This document shows, piece after piece, positions 41,601 to 56,600 of a DNA stretch of 64,000 bases. The DNA is from Carcharhinus amblyrhynchos (Eukaryota): the NCBI GenBank assembly GCA_965287045.1, contig OZ336878.1:104098001-104162000 (forward strand), in the 5' to 3' direction. The notes below the pieces were generated by a model, which was not told the DNA's origin, did no database searches, and worked only from the letters and a program-made list of their open reading frames with translations. The stretch's first letter is position 1. Every line of letters starts with the position of its first letter. The translations under genes were made by a program, and so were the position numbers.

Positions 41601-44600
41601 CCTCAAATGCAATGGATGCTTCCAGACTGAAATTACCCACTTCTTGGGAAAGCTGTTTGTGCGTATCATTGATGTAAGGGGGTGGGGGACGCTAGAGGGG
41701 CGAGGGTGTTTTACCTATTGTATTGCAGAAAGTTGTCAAAATACACAGGTGAAAGCAGATGGCTCTAATCTTGTATATTTTGTTTGAATTCAGGGATTAT
41801 GTTTTCAGAACGGCTTTTCTCAGTGTCGCCCGGGATCTGGAGCAGCATGTGAATTACACATTCCGAAGTATATTTCAAGGACATTTTTAACATTGGGCAA
41901 TAGTTGAATTGCTCTTTCAATGTCAAAGAACAACAGGGCATTAAAGACTGATCCAGAGATTGCTGCGGCAGGGTTGTGTGGTGTCATGGTCGCTGTTCTC
42001 TGAAGGCTGGGTAGTTTCATGCGGACAATGGTCTGTTTGAGGTTGTGTTGTTATTTGAAGGCAAGAAGCAGAGCTGTGGGGATGACCTTGGCGAGATGTT
42101 CGTCTTCATCAATGACACGTTGAAGGCTCTGGAGAAGATGTCGTAGCTTCTCTGCTCCTGGGAACTACTGGACAATGAAGGGTATACTCTGTCTGCCATT
42201 TCCCATGTTTGTCTTCTGAGGTGGTCGGTGCGGTTTTTCACTGTGGTGCATCGGAACTGTCGACCGATCAGTCGAGTACCATATTCTGTTCTTAAGAGGG
42301 CATGTTTCAGCATCTGGAGGTGTCTGTTGCAATCCTCCTCATCTGAGCATTGTGAACACGACTTGCACTCACCTGATGTAGGAGCAGCGCTCCGAAAGCT
42401 TGTAGCTTGTGGTACCAAATAAACCTGTTTGACTTTAACCTGGTGTTGTGAGACTTCTTACTGTGCTTACCCCAGTCCAACGCCGGCATCTCCACATCAT
42501 GCCAATTATTACTGACAGGGAGCTCAAGTGGAAAATGTCATGGAAATTCCATTCTAGTTCTTAGGTCGAGCTGGCATTTATGCAGGATCTCCTTTTCTAT
42601 CTGTAGGGTAACGAATAATGCATACAGGATATAAAGTTGCATGAACACTTCCACATTACTTAAGGCAGCCTGGCAAGTGAAAACTTAAAGTCTTAAGGAT
42701 ATATTTGAGAAAATAATTTCGTCGTACCTGCCTTTACTTTGCCCTTCAGGTCTGCAAATGAACATATTACATTAGACTGATTATGTCCTTTATTAAAGTT
42801 TCAATGAAATAATGGCATGCGACTATGCGCAATGTTCTAAGGCGAATGATTGCGATTCAACGCCTTGCCTTTATTCCTACGGAACAATTTTTTTCTATTA
42901 ACCGCAACAGAAAACCGGGACAAAAATCTACCACAGGTTGTAGATTCTATATATTAAATCACTGTATCTTATTAATATCTCCGTCCAATCTGCAGTAAGT
43001 CGCCGTCGTTTGTTAGCGACGAGAGATATCACAGAGAGAGAGAGAGACGGACAGACAGAGAGAGGGAAGGAGGGAAGGAGATGGGTAAATCCCGAGGCAA
43101 CCACTCCTTATCAAGCGTTGACAGAAGGCAAGCAAGAAGTCTCCAAGCTTGAACCGTCGTGGTTGGCGTTTATTTTCACCAGTCTAGCCAACTGAGGTGA
43201 TTGATAACAAATAGTAGCACACTGACTACCTTGACAACAAAACCCTACATCACATTTTAGAGCGGTGTTTCCAATAAATTAAGAATATTGATAACGATGA
43301 GAAGACAGTTACGATAAGGATAAATCATAAAATGTACTGACGTTAACATCTAATCATATATTGATATATCAGACATAGAATATTGTTCATTCACGTAATG
43401 GCAGACAATGTTAACTCGTCTCTTGACTTTTTTTCTGAATCACTACACTATATCTCTCTGGGAGGACATTGCTTATATTGCTTAACAGATGCCAGTATTG
43501 TAGATAGTCATATGTTGGGGGAGCCCATATGCAATTTTTTTTCACATTGAAATGCAGTGGCTTCGCCGTTTTGCACCATTGAAATTTTATTCATGTCGCA
43601 TCTCAGTGATAACGAGTTTCTTCTTCTTCAGTATGTCCCCGGTTTCCTGCTGCAGTTAGTAGAGAAGAAAAAGTAGGGATAAACACAGAACGTTGACTTT
43701 CATCCTTTCGTGTTCCAACATTGCTACATTAGGAACACTGAACCCATGCTACATAGACATCAACGGACAGAAGTTGAATATTTCTTACCTTGTGTCACAA
43801 GAGACATAGGCGGCCTGGCTTAAAAGTCAGTGAATGCTAACGTGCAGATCCAGCAAGCAATTGGCAAGCAAAATGGTAAGTTGACTGTTATCGCAAAAGG
43901 ATTTGAGTACAGAAGCAAAAATGCATTCCTCCACTTTTATAGAACGTTTGTTAGATACGAACTTGGAGTGTAGTCTACAGTTTTGGTCCATTACATAAGG
44001 AACGATACAATGTAGGACGATGGCTCGTGCACGCTGTCTTCACCAGACCTATTACCGGGATGGCAAGTTGCCCTGTGAGAAGTGATTGAGAAGACAGTGC
44101 CGGTATTCTGAATCAAGAGGAAGACTCTTCTGATTAACATGAGGAAGAATTTGTTAACGCAGAGGGTATTCAATAAATGGAATTCTCTAACACAGAGAGC
44201 TGTGGGCACTCTGTCATTGAACATATTCAAGATAGCGATCAATATCAATTTAGGTGTTAATGACTTCAGGCATATAGGAATAGCGAAGAAAATAATTTTG
44301 TGATAGACCATCACCCAGGATCTAATCCAATGGCAAAACATGTTCGAGGGTTTGAATTGCTTCCTGCCGTTTACATATCCATATGTTCGCAATGACACTC
44401 AGCTAGACTGATGCAGATGCTTATCCAACTCTTAGTCGGACGCTGTAGCGAGGTTTCTATGATTAAGATGTAAATGCATCCCTGGGAACATCTAGTCCAG
44501 CTCCAAGTACTGCACGGAATGACTCAGCGTGAAATCATTAGTTGGAGAATCCCTACATTTAACTTTTTACAGACTCAATAATGTAACTCTGCCTCATAAA

Positions 44601-47600
44601 CAGTGCAACTATAATAATATGAAATTGTCCATATCTTGCTCACGCAAAGTCGCAACGTTTACCGCCTTGCCCTTCTAACCCCTACAGTCACTCGGGTCAC
44701 AAGCTTAAGAAACTCAACTCAGGCCACAAAAATCGGCATTGCTGTACATTTGGCGCTACTCCGATGTCTCAATTTCATTCATGACATAAAATACCAACAC
44801 CTGAGATGGCAGACATAGAGCAGGGGCATCTTCATCTTCACTTTCGAAATTTAATATTCCTCAAATCTCTAGAAAGTGACATTTAGTCTGCACGTTTATG
44901 GTCACGAAAAGCCTACGCAGCAGAAAGTTGTACATAGAAATTTGCTGATGCATTACAGTTTGTCATGCAGAGTGTTTTATAGAAAGTGAAATAAACTATT
45001 GCTTTGATTGGGATTTTGCCTTAGCATCATGTGATTTGAACGCAGTCTCATAAGATGCACAATATTTACACTGCCTATTTCCAACTTACCTTTCAGTGCC
45101 TTGAGCGTTTCAGCTGTGAGACAGAAACATAGATCATTAACTGACACGGAAGATGTTTTTGCAACTGAAAATAGAGAACATAACATAAGAACATAAGAAA
45201 TAGGAGAAGGAGTAGGCCATCTGGCCCTTCGAGCCTGCCCCGCCATTCAATAAGATCATGGCTGATCTGTCGTGGCTCAGTTCCACATTCCCGCCCTCTC
45301 CCCATAACCCTTAATCCCCTCTCTTATCAAAAACCCATCAACCCGCGTCTTAAAAATATTTAGCAAGGTAGCCTCCACCACTTCAACGGGCAGAGAATTC
45401 CAGAGATTCACCACCCTTTGAGTGAAGAAGTTCTTCCTCAACTCCGTTCTAAACCGCCCCCCTTTATCTTGAGGCTGTTCCCCCTAGTCCTACTGTCCTT
45501 TCTGAGCGGGAAGAGTCTCCCCACCTCTATCCTATCCATCCCATTCATCATCTTATACATCTCAATGAGATCTCCCCTCATTCTTCTAAACTCTTACGAG
45601 TACAAGCCTAGTTTATTCAGCCTCTCCTCATAGCTCAACCCCCTCAACTCCGGCATCAGCCTAGTAAACTTCCTCTGCACTCCCTCCAAGGCCAAAATAT
45701 CCTTTAGTTCAATTATGATTACATTCAATTATTTACTTATAGTCCTTTAATTATAGAATATTCGAGTTCTTGAATGATGATGTTGAAATTTGCCTACTGT
45801 TCGTCCTGAACCTAATATAACATATTAACAATTGTTGCTTCCAAGTTTTGCATAATAAATCCATGTCATTGTTTTCGACATTATTTCAGAACCATCTTTA
45901 CATTGAATCATAGCCAATATCCAGTTTGTACAGGCAGAATCTATGCGAGAAAAACTCTTTCTACACAGTTGGAAGCTTTGCTGACAGGGTCAGCATTATT
46001 ATCTTTCTCTAAATGCCGTTGGGAAAGTCCTGACAATCTGCTTTAAAAAAAACTTATTTAATTGTTAAGGAATAATTATAATATGGTAAGCCATTAAGTA
46101 TTAACAACGGATAAAACATATGAAGGATTGCCTTTATTCGTGAAGTGAAGGAGTGGGATATTATCGGTCCTGAGGAAATGTCATCGACTTGACATATAAC
46201 CATTTGAGCGCCAAAGCATTTCCTGCATTTCTGTTTTTAGTTCATTTCCACATTGACTTCCATTCCTTGCGTCGCAATAAATATAATTCCACATAACAAG
46301 AAACTGCTCATAACCATGAACATATATTCCTCAGTTACCAAGCTTTACTTGCAGTGCGTCTCTCTCTGAAAGGGAATAAAGCATACATAACACGCATTAC
46401 GGGAAGTTTTAATTACGAATGCATCATTGAGTTATTGGAGAATTCTGAGCTCAAAAAGGTCAAGGCGTATTTCCAAAGAGTGGAACATACCTAACAACGC
46501 TTTTTCATTTTGTAATGTGATGTCGAGGAATTTAGACATGGCACCATTAAAGCGGGCAGCAGGGAAATGAACGTTTACGTAACTGTAAGCAGATTTTTCA
46601 TATGAAATCTCATTACGAGTCAAATTATGACTGATGACCAAAAACCATAGAGTGTGATGATAGGGACAAAATTTATTGTAATATAGATCGAGATAGTAAT
46701 AACGTAAATAACAAGCGACAGAAGAATTTAATTAGCATGATCAAGTCAACGGGGAGAACGTGCACACTCCACACAGACAGCAAACCAAGGCTGGAATCAA
46801 ACCAATTTCCTTGGCGCTGTGAGACAGTCCTGCTCATCACAGTGCGATCTTGTCACTGCTACGGGTAAGAATTGGTCAAATAGATCAAAACGTCAGGTGG
46901 AACTTTATTACTACACTGCGAAACTCTTGGCATAGAGTTTAGAGTAAATATGGAAACGACGAGAAATATCAACATTTACTTTGCTGGAAGGCCAGTTTCA
47001 ATGGTTTCAGAACAGATCTCTGCAGGATGTGCTGGAATCAAAAACTGACAGGCATAACTGTAATCCAGCAATATATTGTCTTTAGAATCAAATGGTTTTG
47101 AAATGGTAATAGGGCAGAAGGCCGCAAATATAGGCCAGCCAATACTTTTTGTTCCTGTGATATAATGCTTTTCGATAGGATGATATGGACCAATTCTCAG
47201 TAACTAAGAGAAATGTAATTTAGTTAATTAAGTCAGAACAGACTTATTAAAGGAAAATCGTGTCTTACTAACTTGATTGTATTGTCCAGAAAAGTTGCAC
47301 CTCAAAAACAGAGACTGGAGTACGCCTCTGCCGTTCGACAGAGAGAGGAAACAGAATGGTGGATCACTACCCTTTTTCATATTGGAGGAAGCAATGTAGG
47401 GGTGTTCTTTAGGAGTTGCTTCCAGGATCACTGTCTGTTTCTTAGTTTTTTCATAGACTTGAGCATATAGCGAAAAATGTAAGCACGTGCAGGTGACACA
47501 ACAGCCGTTTATGTTATGAACTGCGGTGAAGGGAGCGTTGGGTTTCTACAGGATGTGGGCGCACTTGAAGAAACACAGAACACCGACGCAAAGTCAATAA

Positions 47601-50600
47601 CTATGTAATCAAAATAGATAGGAGGAAAATCCTTTCTTTACGTTGGAATTTTTAAAAATACGAAATGTATTATCTGAAAATATGGCAGAGAAGGTCTCAA
47701 TCATCTCTTTCAAAAGGTATTTTATCATCATCCAAAGGGATAAGATAAAACCCGCAGGACTACATGATAGGGGCTGGGGAGAGGGAATTGCTCAGTGGCT
47801 CTGGTAGAGAAAGAGCACTAAAATGACAGTTTAAACCATCTCCATCTGCATTGTAATCACTGTTGATGAACCTGTGATTCGGTATTTATTAATAACTACA
47901 TAATGCAAGGAATATTTGTATTCTCGAATCTACAAAAGACACAAATCTTTGAGGTATACATTGAGTTAAAGGTTACTTTAAAATGCTTGAATGTAGCCAG
48001 CATTTTAGGGATCAGAATCATACATTTTGAAATGTTGTTTGCAGATCTTCACTTTCTGTGCAAACTTCAGATTTCAAGTGAGCTCGCCTGGTACAAACCA
48101 CAATATGTTTTCGCGGTTCTAGTGTAACAGATTCACACCACGTTAGTGCCCCATTTAATTTCAAAAGAGGAGCATTCGAATAAACGAAGAGCTAAAAATA
48201 GCTACGTTTTAACCAGTGACTACGCCTTCTTCATTGGAGCCTAACATAATAATAATGGTATTGATACTTAGCGGGCAACTATGGTTCCTCTCATTCCCGA
48301 AAGATAACGCAATTAGCCACGCTACTTATGTAACAAGAGTAAACGGTTCATCAAGCATATCAGATATTCTATTCTTCTATAGAAAATTAGTCAACTGATT
48401 TCTACTAAACAATGCACTTTTAGTTATATTGCCGATTGCTGTTTCCATAGAAGACAATGGAAAATAACATTTAGTTGACGTTAGGAGCGGCGGCACATAC
48501 GACACGTCAGCTGATGAATACTGAAAAACACTTGACTTAATAGTCCCACTTAATGTGACAGGCCACGGAAAAGTTAAATGTCTAAAGTAAGTGGATTTGA
48601 TTTGGGAGTTGGGGAATTGGACATCATAGAGTTGGGTGTCGGACATTAGGGGGATTGCTGGAGTGGAAGTTGGTGCTTGGACATCAGGCAGGGAGACGGA
48701 CAGCGGCAGGTTGGCCCACCAAGCTAGGTGTGGAGTCAAAGAGTGGCGCATCGGAAATGGGGAATGGATTCGTATGTACGAATATCAGGGGGATTGTGTA
48801 TTTTACCACGCGTGCTCAGACATCGGAACACATCGGATATTAAGGGGTTCGTGTTCGGACATCAAACAAGTGAATGGAGGGGTGGCAGATATCTCAAGTT
48901 GGGTTCTGTTAGACATTGGGGGTGAATGAGGTGTCGAAAATCCTGGGCGGTGGGTTTGCGATAGTGTCCTGGGTCGAGGGAGTAGGGTTTTGGTCAGTTG
49001 GATGATTAATTGGTTTGGTCAAAGGCAACGGGGACAGTCAGTTCAGGACAGGATGTTGGAACGGGGTCCTTCCATGTGTGGTTGCGCCAGGTTGGTTGTG
49101 GAGGTATGTAGTCACTACAGTCAGGGGTGCGGCGGTGTAATGCGTTCCAGTAGGTTCGTGTCCGGCCCTGAGTCAGATCGAGGATGTTTTGGGTACATTC
49201 ATTCCACTGGCGTTTAGAGATGGGGAACAAACTGCGGGTGGAAGATTGGTGTAGGTATCATTCAGAGGCGGCAAGGATGTCAGCTTTGGGATCGAGAGAG
49301 TTGGCTGGCACTGGTCGCTGTGTTAAAATATTTACACTGAAGTCAGAAGTCGTTTTATATTCTCTAGCTTTTTCAGCTTATCTCGTAGAATAACAGTGGC
49401 AGAACATGTGAAGCTACTCATTTTAACGGCTTTGTTTGTGGTTCCCTGCGCAGAACAGTCGTCCAAGTGATGTTGGATTACTGTAGCGTATACTCCTACC
49501 TGTGAACTTCAGAAAAAGTTTACTTAGTGTGCCACCCAAAAATGACGCGGGGGTGGGGGGGGGGATGTGCGGCGTGGGGGGCGGCGGTGATGGGGGCGGG
49601 CAGGGAATTACATCGTTACATCGTTTCGTCAAGTTCGGAGTATGGTCGTTTGCTGCATTAGAATATCCATTTAGCACGTTAGGAACTGATTAACCTTGTG
49701 TCACTCCTTCAAGTGAGGTTGCTGCTGAGAGAAATATAATGTTTAAAACAAAAGTCATGAATTAGTATATTTTAACATAATGATTGCATTTGCAGGCACA
49801 AAATGAGGCACAAATCATAGATTGCAATGATAGGTTATGGAGAAATGCATGTATAAGTGGTTCACTGTCCTGCCCGGTTAACATCTCCAAGCTGAAGAGT
49901 TGACATTGACCCAATTTCAGAAATATTTAGACAAGAATAGGAAGTGTTGGATATTCATTACATCAACAATTTCCGTTAAGAAACTGAATACAGCTTCAGC
50001 AATTGTTTGCCTTAAATACTAAAATACAACATATTTGTGAGCAACGTTGGAAAAGCAGCGAGCAAATGGGAATATATGCAACTATAAAGAAAAGTACCGA
50101 AACAAAGAGTGTGAGTGAATGAGAATTCTCCGTAAGACATAACTGCTAAAATATTTCAAGTTTATTGAAAAAAATAATCATCATTAGCACGAAAGACTAC
50201 CAAAATTGGTAGCTTGTGAAAGTGAGAAGATGGGGCGCATTTGAGAAGAAACACTTGGAAAAGAGCCTAGAATTACGACTTGGCCCTGATGTGCGTAATG
50301 TGTAATACCGGCTGACGAAGCCTGAGTTATGTTTTATTGACTTAAACTAAAGGAATTTTACTACAGGTGAGACTGCATCTGAGTTCTGCTCTCCTTAGTC
50401 AAGGAAGGATACGATTAACTTCGGAGAACATTCTATTGATGACTGAAATGGGATTATTTCATTCCTATGGTGGGATTATTTCATAGAATCATAAAGTCTA
50501 TAGCGTAGAAGGAGGCTATTTCGCACATCGAACCTGCACCATCAATAATCTCACCTAGGTCCCATCCCTGCATCCCTATACATATTTACCCTCCTAATCC

Positions 50601-53600
50601 CGTGACACTAAGGGGCAATTTAGCATGGCCAATCGACCAAACCCGCACATGTTTGGACTGTGGGAGGAAACAGGAGCACCCGGAGGAAGCCCACGCAGAC
50701 AGGGGAGGCTGTTCAAATCCGCACAGTTCACCCGAGGCCGGAACAATGGTTGGCAACAGTGCCGCCCATGAGGGAACGCTGGAAAAGTTGTGCAAATATC
50801 CATTCGTGCTCAGAGATGTTAGTGGTGACCTTACTGAAAAGATTCATATTCTGAGAGGAATTGACAGACGCGATGCTGAAAGGAGATTCCCGCTTATGGG
50901 AGAAGCCAAAACTAAGGCTCATTGTTCAAAAATAGGGGGTTTTGCATTTAATGTGAGGATGAGGAAAATTCTCTATCTTTCTCTGAGTGTGGAGTTGGCT
51001 TCCTTGGACAGCAATGTAGCCAGCCATCTTGGACGATGGTGGATGAAACCACTATTGTAGATTAACATCCTGGGCCATATTTAATCTCAGTTGGGTGAAA
51101 AATATAACTCAGGAGACATGTAAATAGGATTTATTCTGGCGTCGCTGGTTAGACCAGCATTTATTGCCCATCGCAAATTTTCTTTGAGAAGGCAGCGTTG
51201 AGATACTTTCTTAAAACTGCAGGCTATATCGTAGAGGACACCAATAATGCAGACAGTAAGGCAGTTCCGGGATTTGTACATAGAGGCAGTGAAGGAATGG
51301 CGACAACGAATTCATGTGTACATTGGGCATATGTTGATGCGAGGTCGTCCGTCCATGTTTAGGTGTAGCAATTTGATGCGACGGATGTGTTCAGTTGATT
51401 CGGATAACAGTTAAGAGTCAAATTCATCGCTCTGCGTCTGGGACTCACAAGTAGGGCAGACTAGACCTAGTTGGATGGCAGGTTTCCCTCCTTGAATGTT
51501 GTTACTGGGCCATATGGGATTTTAGAGCAACCGACAATTGTTTCTAAAGTTTTTAAAGCGAATTTATTCGTGTCGAAAGTAAGCTTATATTAGCGTTGCA
51601 ATGAAGTTACGTTGAAAATCCCCTAGTCGCCGTGCTCTTTTGGGTACACTAAGGGAGAATTTAGCCTTGCCAATACATTTAACCAGCATGCTTTTCGAAC
51701 TGTGGGAGGAAACTGGAGCACTTGGAAGAATCCCACACAGACATGGGAAGAATTTGCAGGCTCCATGACTTAAGCTGGGAATTGGTCCAGGGTCTCTAGT
51801 TCTGTGAGGCAGCAGTGCTAACCATTGAGCCACCATGCCACCAAGGTCATGCCGCCAGTTCCACCAGGATTATTAATTCAATTCAAATTCCACTGTACAA
51901 TTTGCACGCGTTTTCCCCAATAGTATCTCCAATATTACTATTCCAGTGACATTATCATACGCCACCGCCTCCCCTTACCCTCTGATCGCGGAACTGTGAT
52001 TTTAATGCAAATAAAATGGTTAAATAGAACATTGCAAGTATGTTGCATAATACCCCTATCATATACCGCTAGTTTGAGCCAAGTGCCAGAATTTGAATAC
52101 ATGAGCCAAGGATCATGTTTTCATCTTCTTACCAGGAGCCTTTTCTCCTGTTGATTCTGCAGAGAAATGCAGATAAACTTTTTTAAGTTACATTTTTAGG
52201 AGGCCTGGAACTAACTGAATAGCACAAATTCCACCCACCGACATTGATTTGTATATAAAAAAGACTGATTGCGTTTGGTAGTCTTTCATTTATGCGACGT
52301 AATGACAGTGGATGAATTTATTACAGTGCATTTCATCATGGCAAATGAACTTTAAAGTTATCCACCAGTCACAAATCAGCTTGTATTCATATTGCAATGA
52401 AGTTACTGTGAAAGATCCCTAGTCGCTCCACTTCGGCGCGTGTTCGGGTATACAGAAGTAGAATTTAGCATGGCCAATCCAACTAACCAGCACATGTTTG
52501 GAATGTGGGAAGAAACCAGAGCACCCGGAGGAAACTCACGCAGAAAAGGGGAGAATGCACAAATTCCACATAGACAGTGACCCAAGCCGGGAATTGAAGC
52601 CAGTTCTTTGGCGCTGTGAGGCAGCAGTGCTAACCACTGAGCCACCATGCCACCAAGGTCATGCCGCCAGTTCCACCAGGATTATTAATTCAATTCAAAT
52701 TCCACTGTACAATTTGCACGCGTTTTCCCCAATAGTATCTCCAATATTACTATTCCAGTGACATTATCATACGCCACCGCCTCCCCTTACCCTCTGATCG
52801 CGGAACTGTGATTTTAATGCAAATAAAATGGTTAAATAGAACATTGCAAGTATGTTGCATAATACCCCTATCATATACCGCTAGTTTGAGCCAAGTGCCA
52901 GAATTTGAATACATGAGCCAAGGATCATGTTTTCATCTTCTTACCAGGAGCCTTTTCTCCTGTTGATTCTGCAGAGAAATGCAGATAAACTTTTTTAAGT
53001 TACATTTTTAGGAGGCCTGGAACTAACTGAATAGCACAAATTCCACCCACCGACATTGATTTGTATATAAAAAAGACTGATTGCGTTTGGTAGTCTTTCA
53101 TTTATGCGACGTAATGACAGTGGATGAATTTATTACAGTGCATTTCATCATGGCAAATGAACTTTAAAGTTATCCACCAGTCACAAATCAGCTTATATTC
53201 ATATTGCAATGAAGTTACTGTGAAAGATCCCTAGTCGCTCCACTTCGGCGCGTGTTCGGGTATACAGAAGTAGAATTTAGCATGGCCAATCCAACTAACC
53301 AGCACATGTTTGGAATGTGGGAAGAAACCAGAGCACCCGGAGGAAACTCACGCAGAAAAGGGGAGAATACACAAATTCCACATAGACAGTGACCCAAGCC
53401 GGGAATTGAAGCCAGTTCTTTGGCGCTGTGAGGCAGCAGTGCTAACCACTGTGCCACCTTGCCGGCTTTACAAATTGGCTGTCTATATTCGAAAATGTTG
53501 ACTATTTAGTTATGACTGCTGATTACCGAATTCAGAATGATATATCGGTCAGCTGAGACGACTGTTTGGCATTCATCGTCCATTACCGGGAATAACGAGG

Positions 53601-56600
53601 TGAGCATCAGCAAAGAGACTAGTGGGTTCACACGGAGCCCAAACCAAATTCAAGGTAATAGAATTGCCACAAGGCCACCGCCTTCCCTTAGCACCTGAAC
53701 CTCGGGCTGTGATTTTAATGCAACTAAACTGATTACACGGAACATCACAAGCGTACCTCGTAATTCCCAGCCATAAGCCGCCAGTTTTGGCCAAATACAA
53801 AAATTTCAATACATCAACCAATACCAGAAATATTTTTTCTTCCACATACCATCAGTCTCTAGTCCTGTTGTGGCTGCAAAGAAAAGGGCGCACTATTTTC
53901 AGTTGAACTTTTGGGACGCGTGGCAATAAACCATCACCACAAATTCCACCCACCGAGCTTGACAGGTATGAAAAACTGGATCTTTCATTCGCACGACGTA
54001 ACGGTAGCGGATGAATCTATCGCAGAGCATTTCAGTTTAATCACTGCAAATTAACTTTATAGCTTGGTTACCTACATTCGACAATGTTGACGATTCGGTT
54101 GTGACTGCTGGCTAGTGAATTCCGAACGATATTTTGGCCAGCCGGAATTAATGTAGCATTCGGCATTTCCTCATCCATTAGGGGAACAGCGAGTGGAGAA
54201 ATAGCAAGGAGACATGTGAGCTAACACAGCGCCCAAATAGAATTGAAATGAATAAAGTCGGAAGAGGCATATGACAGAGGACTGGCCCAGAATCTTTTAC
54301 ATTTTTATATGCAATGGAAATATGACATAACGTATGAATGTTGACGGAATTCGGTGTTTCGTGGGGTTCAATCGCAATAGAAAGCGTAATTGCCAATTGT
54401 CCGTTGAATGGCTCGGTAACTCGATAATCCCATGAACCCTCTCAAGGTGAACAACAGGAAGCATTTTGAGTTTCATTTGAATAAAGAAACAAAAAAAAAA
54501 TCGCATGCTTGAGCGCTAAATGTAAGATGGGCATTAATAAATGTAAGAAATTCTACATGACCTCTAGGTCATTGAGTGTCTTTCAGACAGAGATAGATAG
54601 GTTCTTGATCAATAAGGGGATCAGGGGTTATGGGGAAAAAGCAGGAGAATGGGGTTGAGAAAAATATCAGCTGTGATTGAATGGCCAAGTGGCATAATCC
54701 TCCTATGTCTTGTGGTCTTATGGTTTTATGCCCTCTTCGTAGTGGAAATTGCAAATTTAAATCCATGCTGTTGTTCAGCAGTGACAGGCAATTGTTTTCT
54801 TATTTTCACACTCCACATCGTGAGACTGGCATGAATTTGGATTAGTTTGCAATGCTTTAATTGTCGATCTACGTTTGTTCGTATTGGCCTCGCCATTTCA
54901 CAGAGAACAACTGATGTAATTTGTGCGCAAATAACTTTAATTCATGAATCAAAGATGCCTGCCGCATTTGAATGGACGAACCATCACCCTCATTTGTTTT
55001 GGAACTCATTGAGGATCGGGTTTTTGCCTAAATGAACTCGCAAGAAGAATCCGCGCTATTGCAGTCTTAATAATGGTGAACTCAATACTGTCCTCTATTG
55101 GGAAACAGAAATGGAGGCGATTCACTGGCAAAACGTGGCTGCATTACAAATCGTTTCCCATCACAAGATGCAGTATTGCAACTCAAATGCTGACCAGCGG
55201 TATGTCTGAACGTTCACCTGCTGACAAGATCAGCTGCTGCACAAGATCAGCTGCTGCACAAAATCAGCAAGGAAACTACGTTAAGTGTAACCACCAATCT
55301 AATCAAAGCATCACCGAAATTTCGTTATTGTCACTCAGTACAAATCTTAGAAGCCTCCATGAAACAGCAACGCGGGTAGTTTCATCGCCATATGCAGCAG
55401 TTCACTGCAAAACCTCGCAAACCTTCACAAAATTGATTAGGAACTTCTGCCCATACATATATATACATACATATACATTACCTATACATAATGTAAAAAA
55501 AATCATTCCTACTTGTACTTTCTGCGCCAGGATTTAGTTTTTTCCGTAAATCTGAAAACAAAGGTATTTCAACAATTGAGCAACATGAGGCAAATTGCGT
55601 CTGCTTATCTGTTTAGAACGCGCTTTTACATTGATTATACTGAATTAAAGGGCACCTATCAGTTAAACATGTTCAATTGTGCGGGAAGTTGAACTAATTG
55701 GCGTTTCTTTCATTTGCGGAAGTGTGTTTCCAGAGAGATGATCATCATTTATATCTAAATATATATGGATTTACGAATATTCAATATTATAATATTAGCT
55801 TCCATATGGTCAATGTTTTTGAGCAATTGCCCAGGCCAGTGTCAGATTGTGGCCGTATAGAGTGCCTTTACCACCTTTGGTAATGGAATGGGATATCAGA
55901 TAATAATGTAACAAGTGTCATATTCGGCGCCGCCGATTTTGCACCAGCACTAATGGCAAACATCGGTGACAATAATCAATGAAATCAAATCTGAATCACG
56001 GTGAGGAAATCGTGATTCAGATTTGATTTCATTGATTATAGTCACATGTATTAGCATAGAGTGAAAAGTGGTTCTGCTTACTATACAGAAAAGCATACCG
56101 TTCATAGAGAAGGAAAGGAGAGAGTGCAGAATGTAGCGTCACAGTCATAACTAGAGTTTAGAGAAAGATCAACTTAATGCGAGGTAGGTCCATTCAAAGC
56201 TTTGATGGCAGCAGGTAAGAAGCTGTTCTGCAGTCGGCTGGTCCGTGACCTCAGACTTTTGTATCTTTCTCTCAACCAATGAAGGTGGAAGCGAGAATGT
56301 CCGGGGTGCGTGGTGTCCTTAATTATGCTGCTGCTTTTCCAAGGCAGCGTGAAGTATAGATGGAGTCGATGTATGGGAGCTGGTTTGCATGATAGACTGG
56401 ACTACATTCAAGACCCTTTGTACTTTCTTGCGGTCTTGGGCAGAGCAGGTGCTTCACCAAGCTGTGATACAGCCATGCAGAACGTTTTTTTATGGTGCAT
56501 CTGTAGAAGTTAGTGAGAGTTGTAGCTGACACGCCAAATGTCCTTAGTGTTCTGTATTAAAACAGAGACACTAGAAATTGGTAGGTAGTTGGTTGAAAGT

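Larger units (their letters stand above)
51827..53450. repeat. 812-bp direct tandem duplication; each unit carries a 24-nt exon and a SINE (52365-52655, 53177-53463)
   Basis: 51827-52638 vs 52639-53450 near-identical; two substitutions seen by eye. Confidence 0.95.

Noticed and set aside
55225-55268. Short local duplications (17 bp here; ~31 bp at 18336-18395)
   Set aside because: Ordinary slippage, not a regular spacer-containing array.
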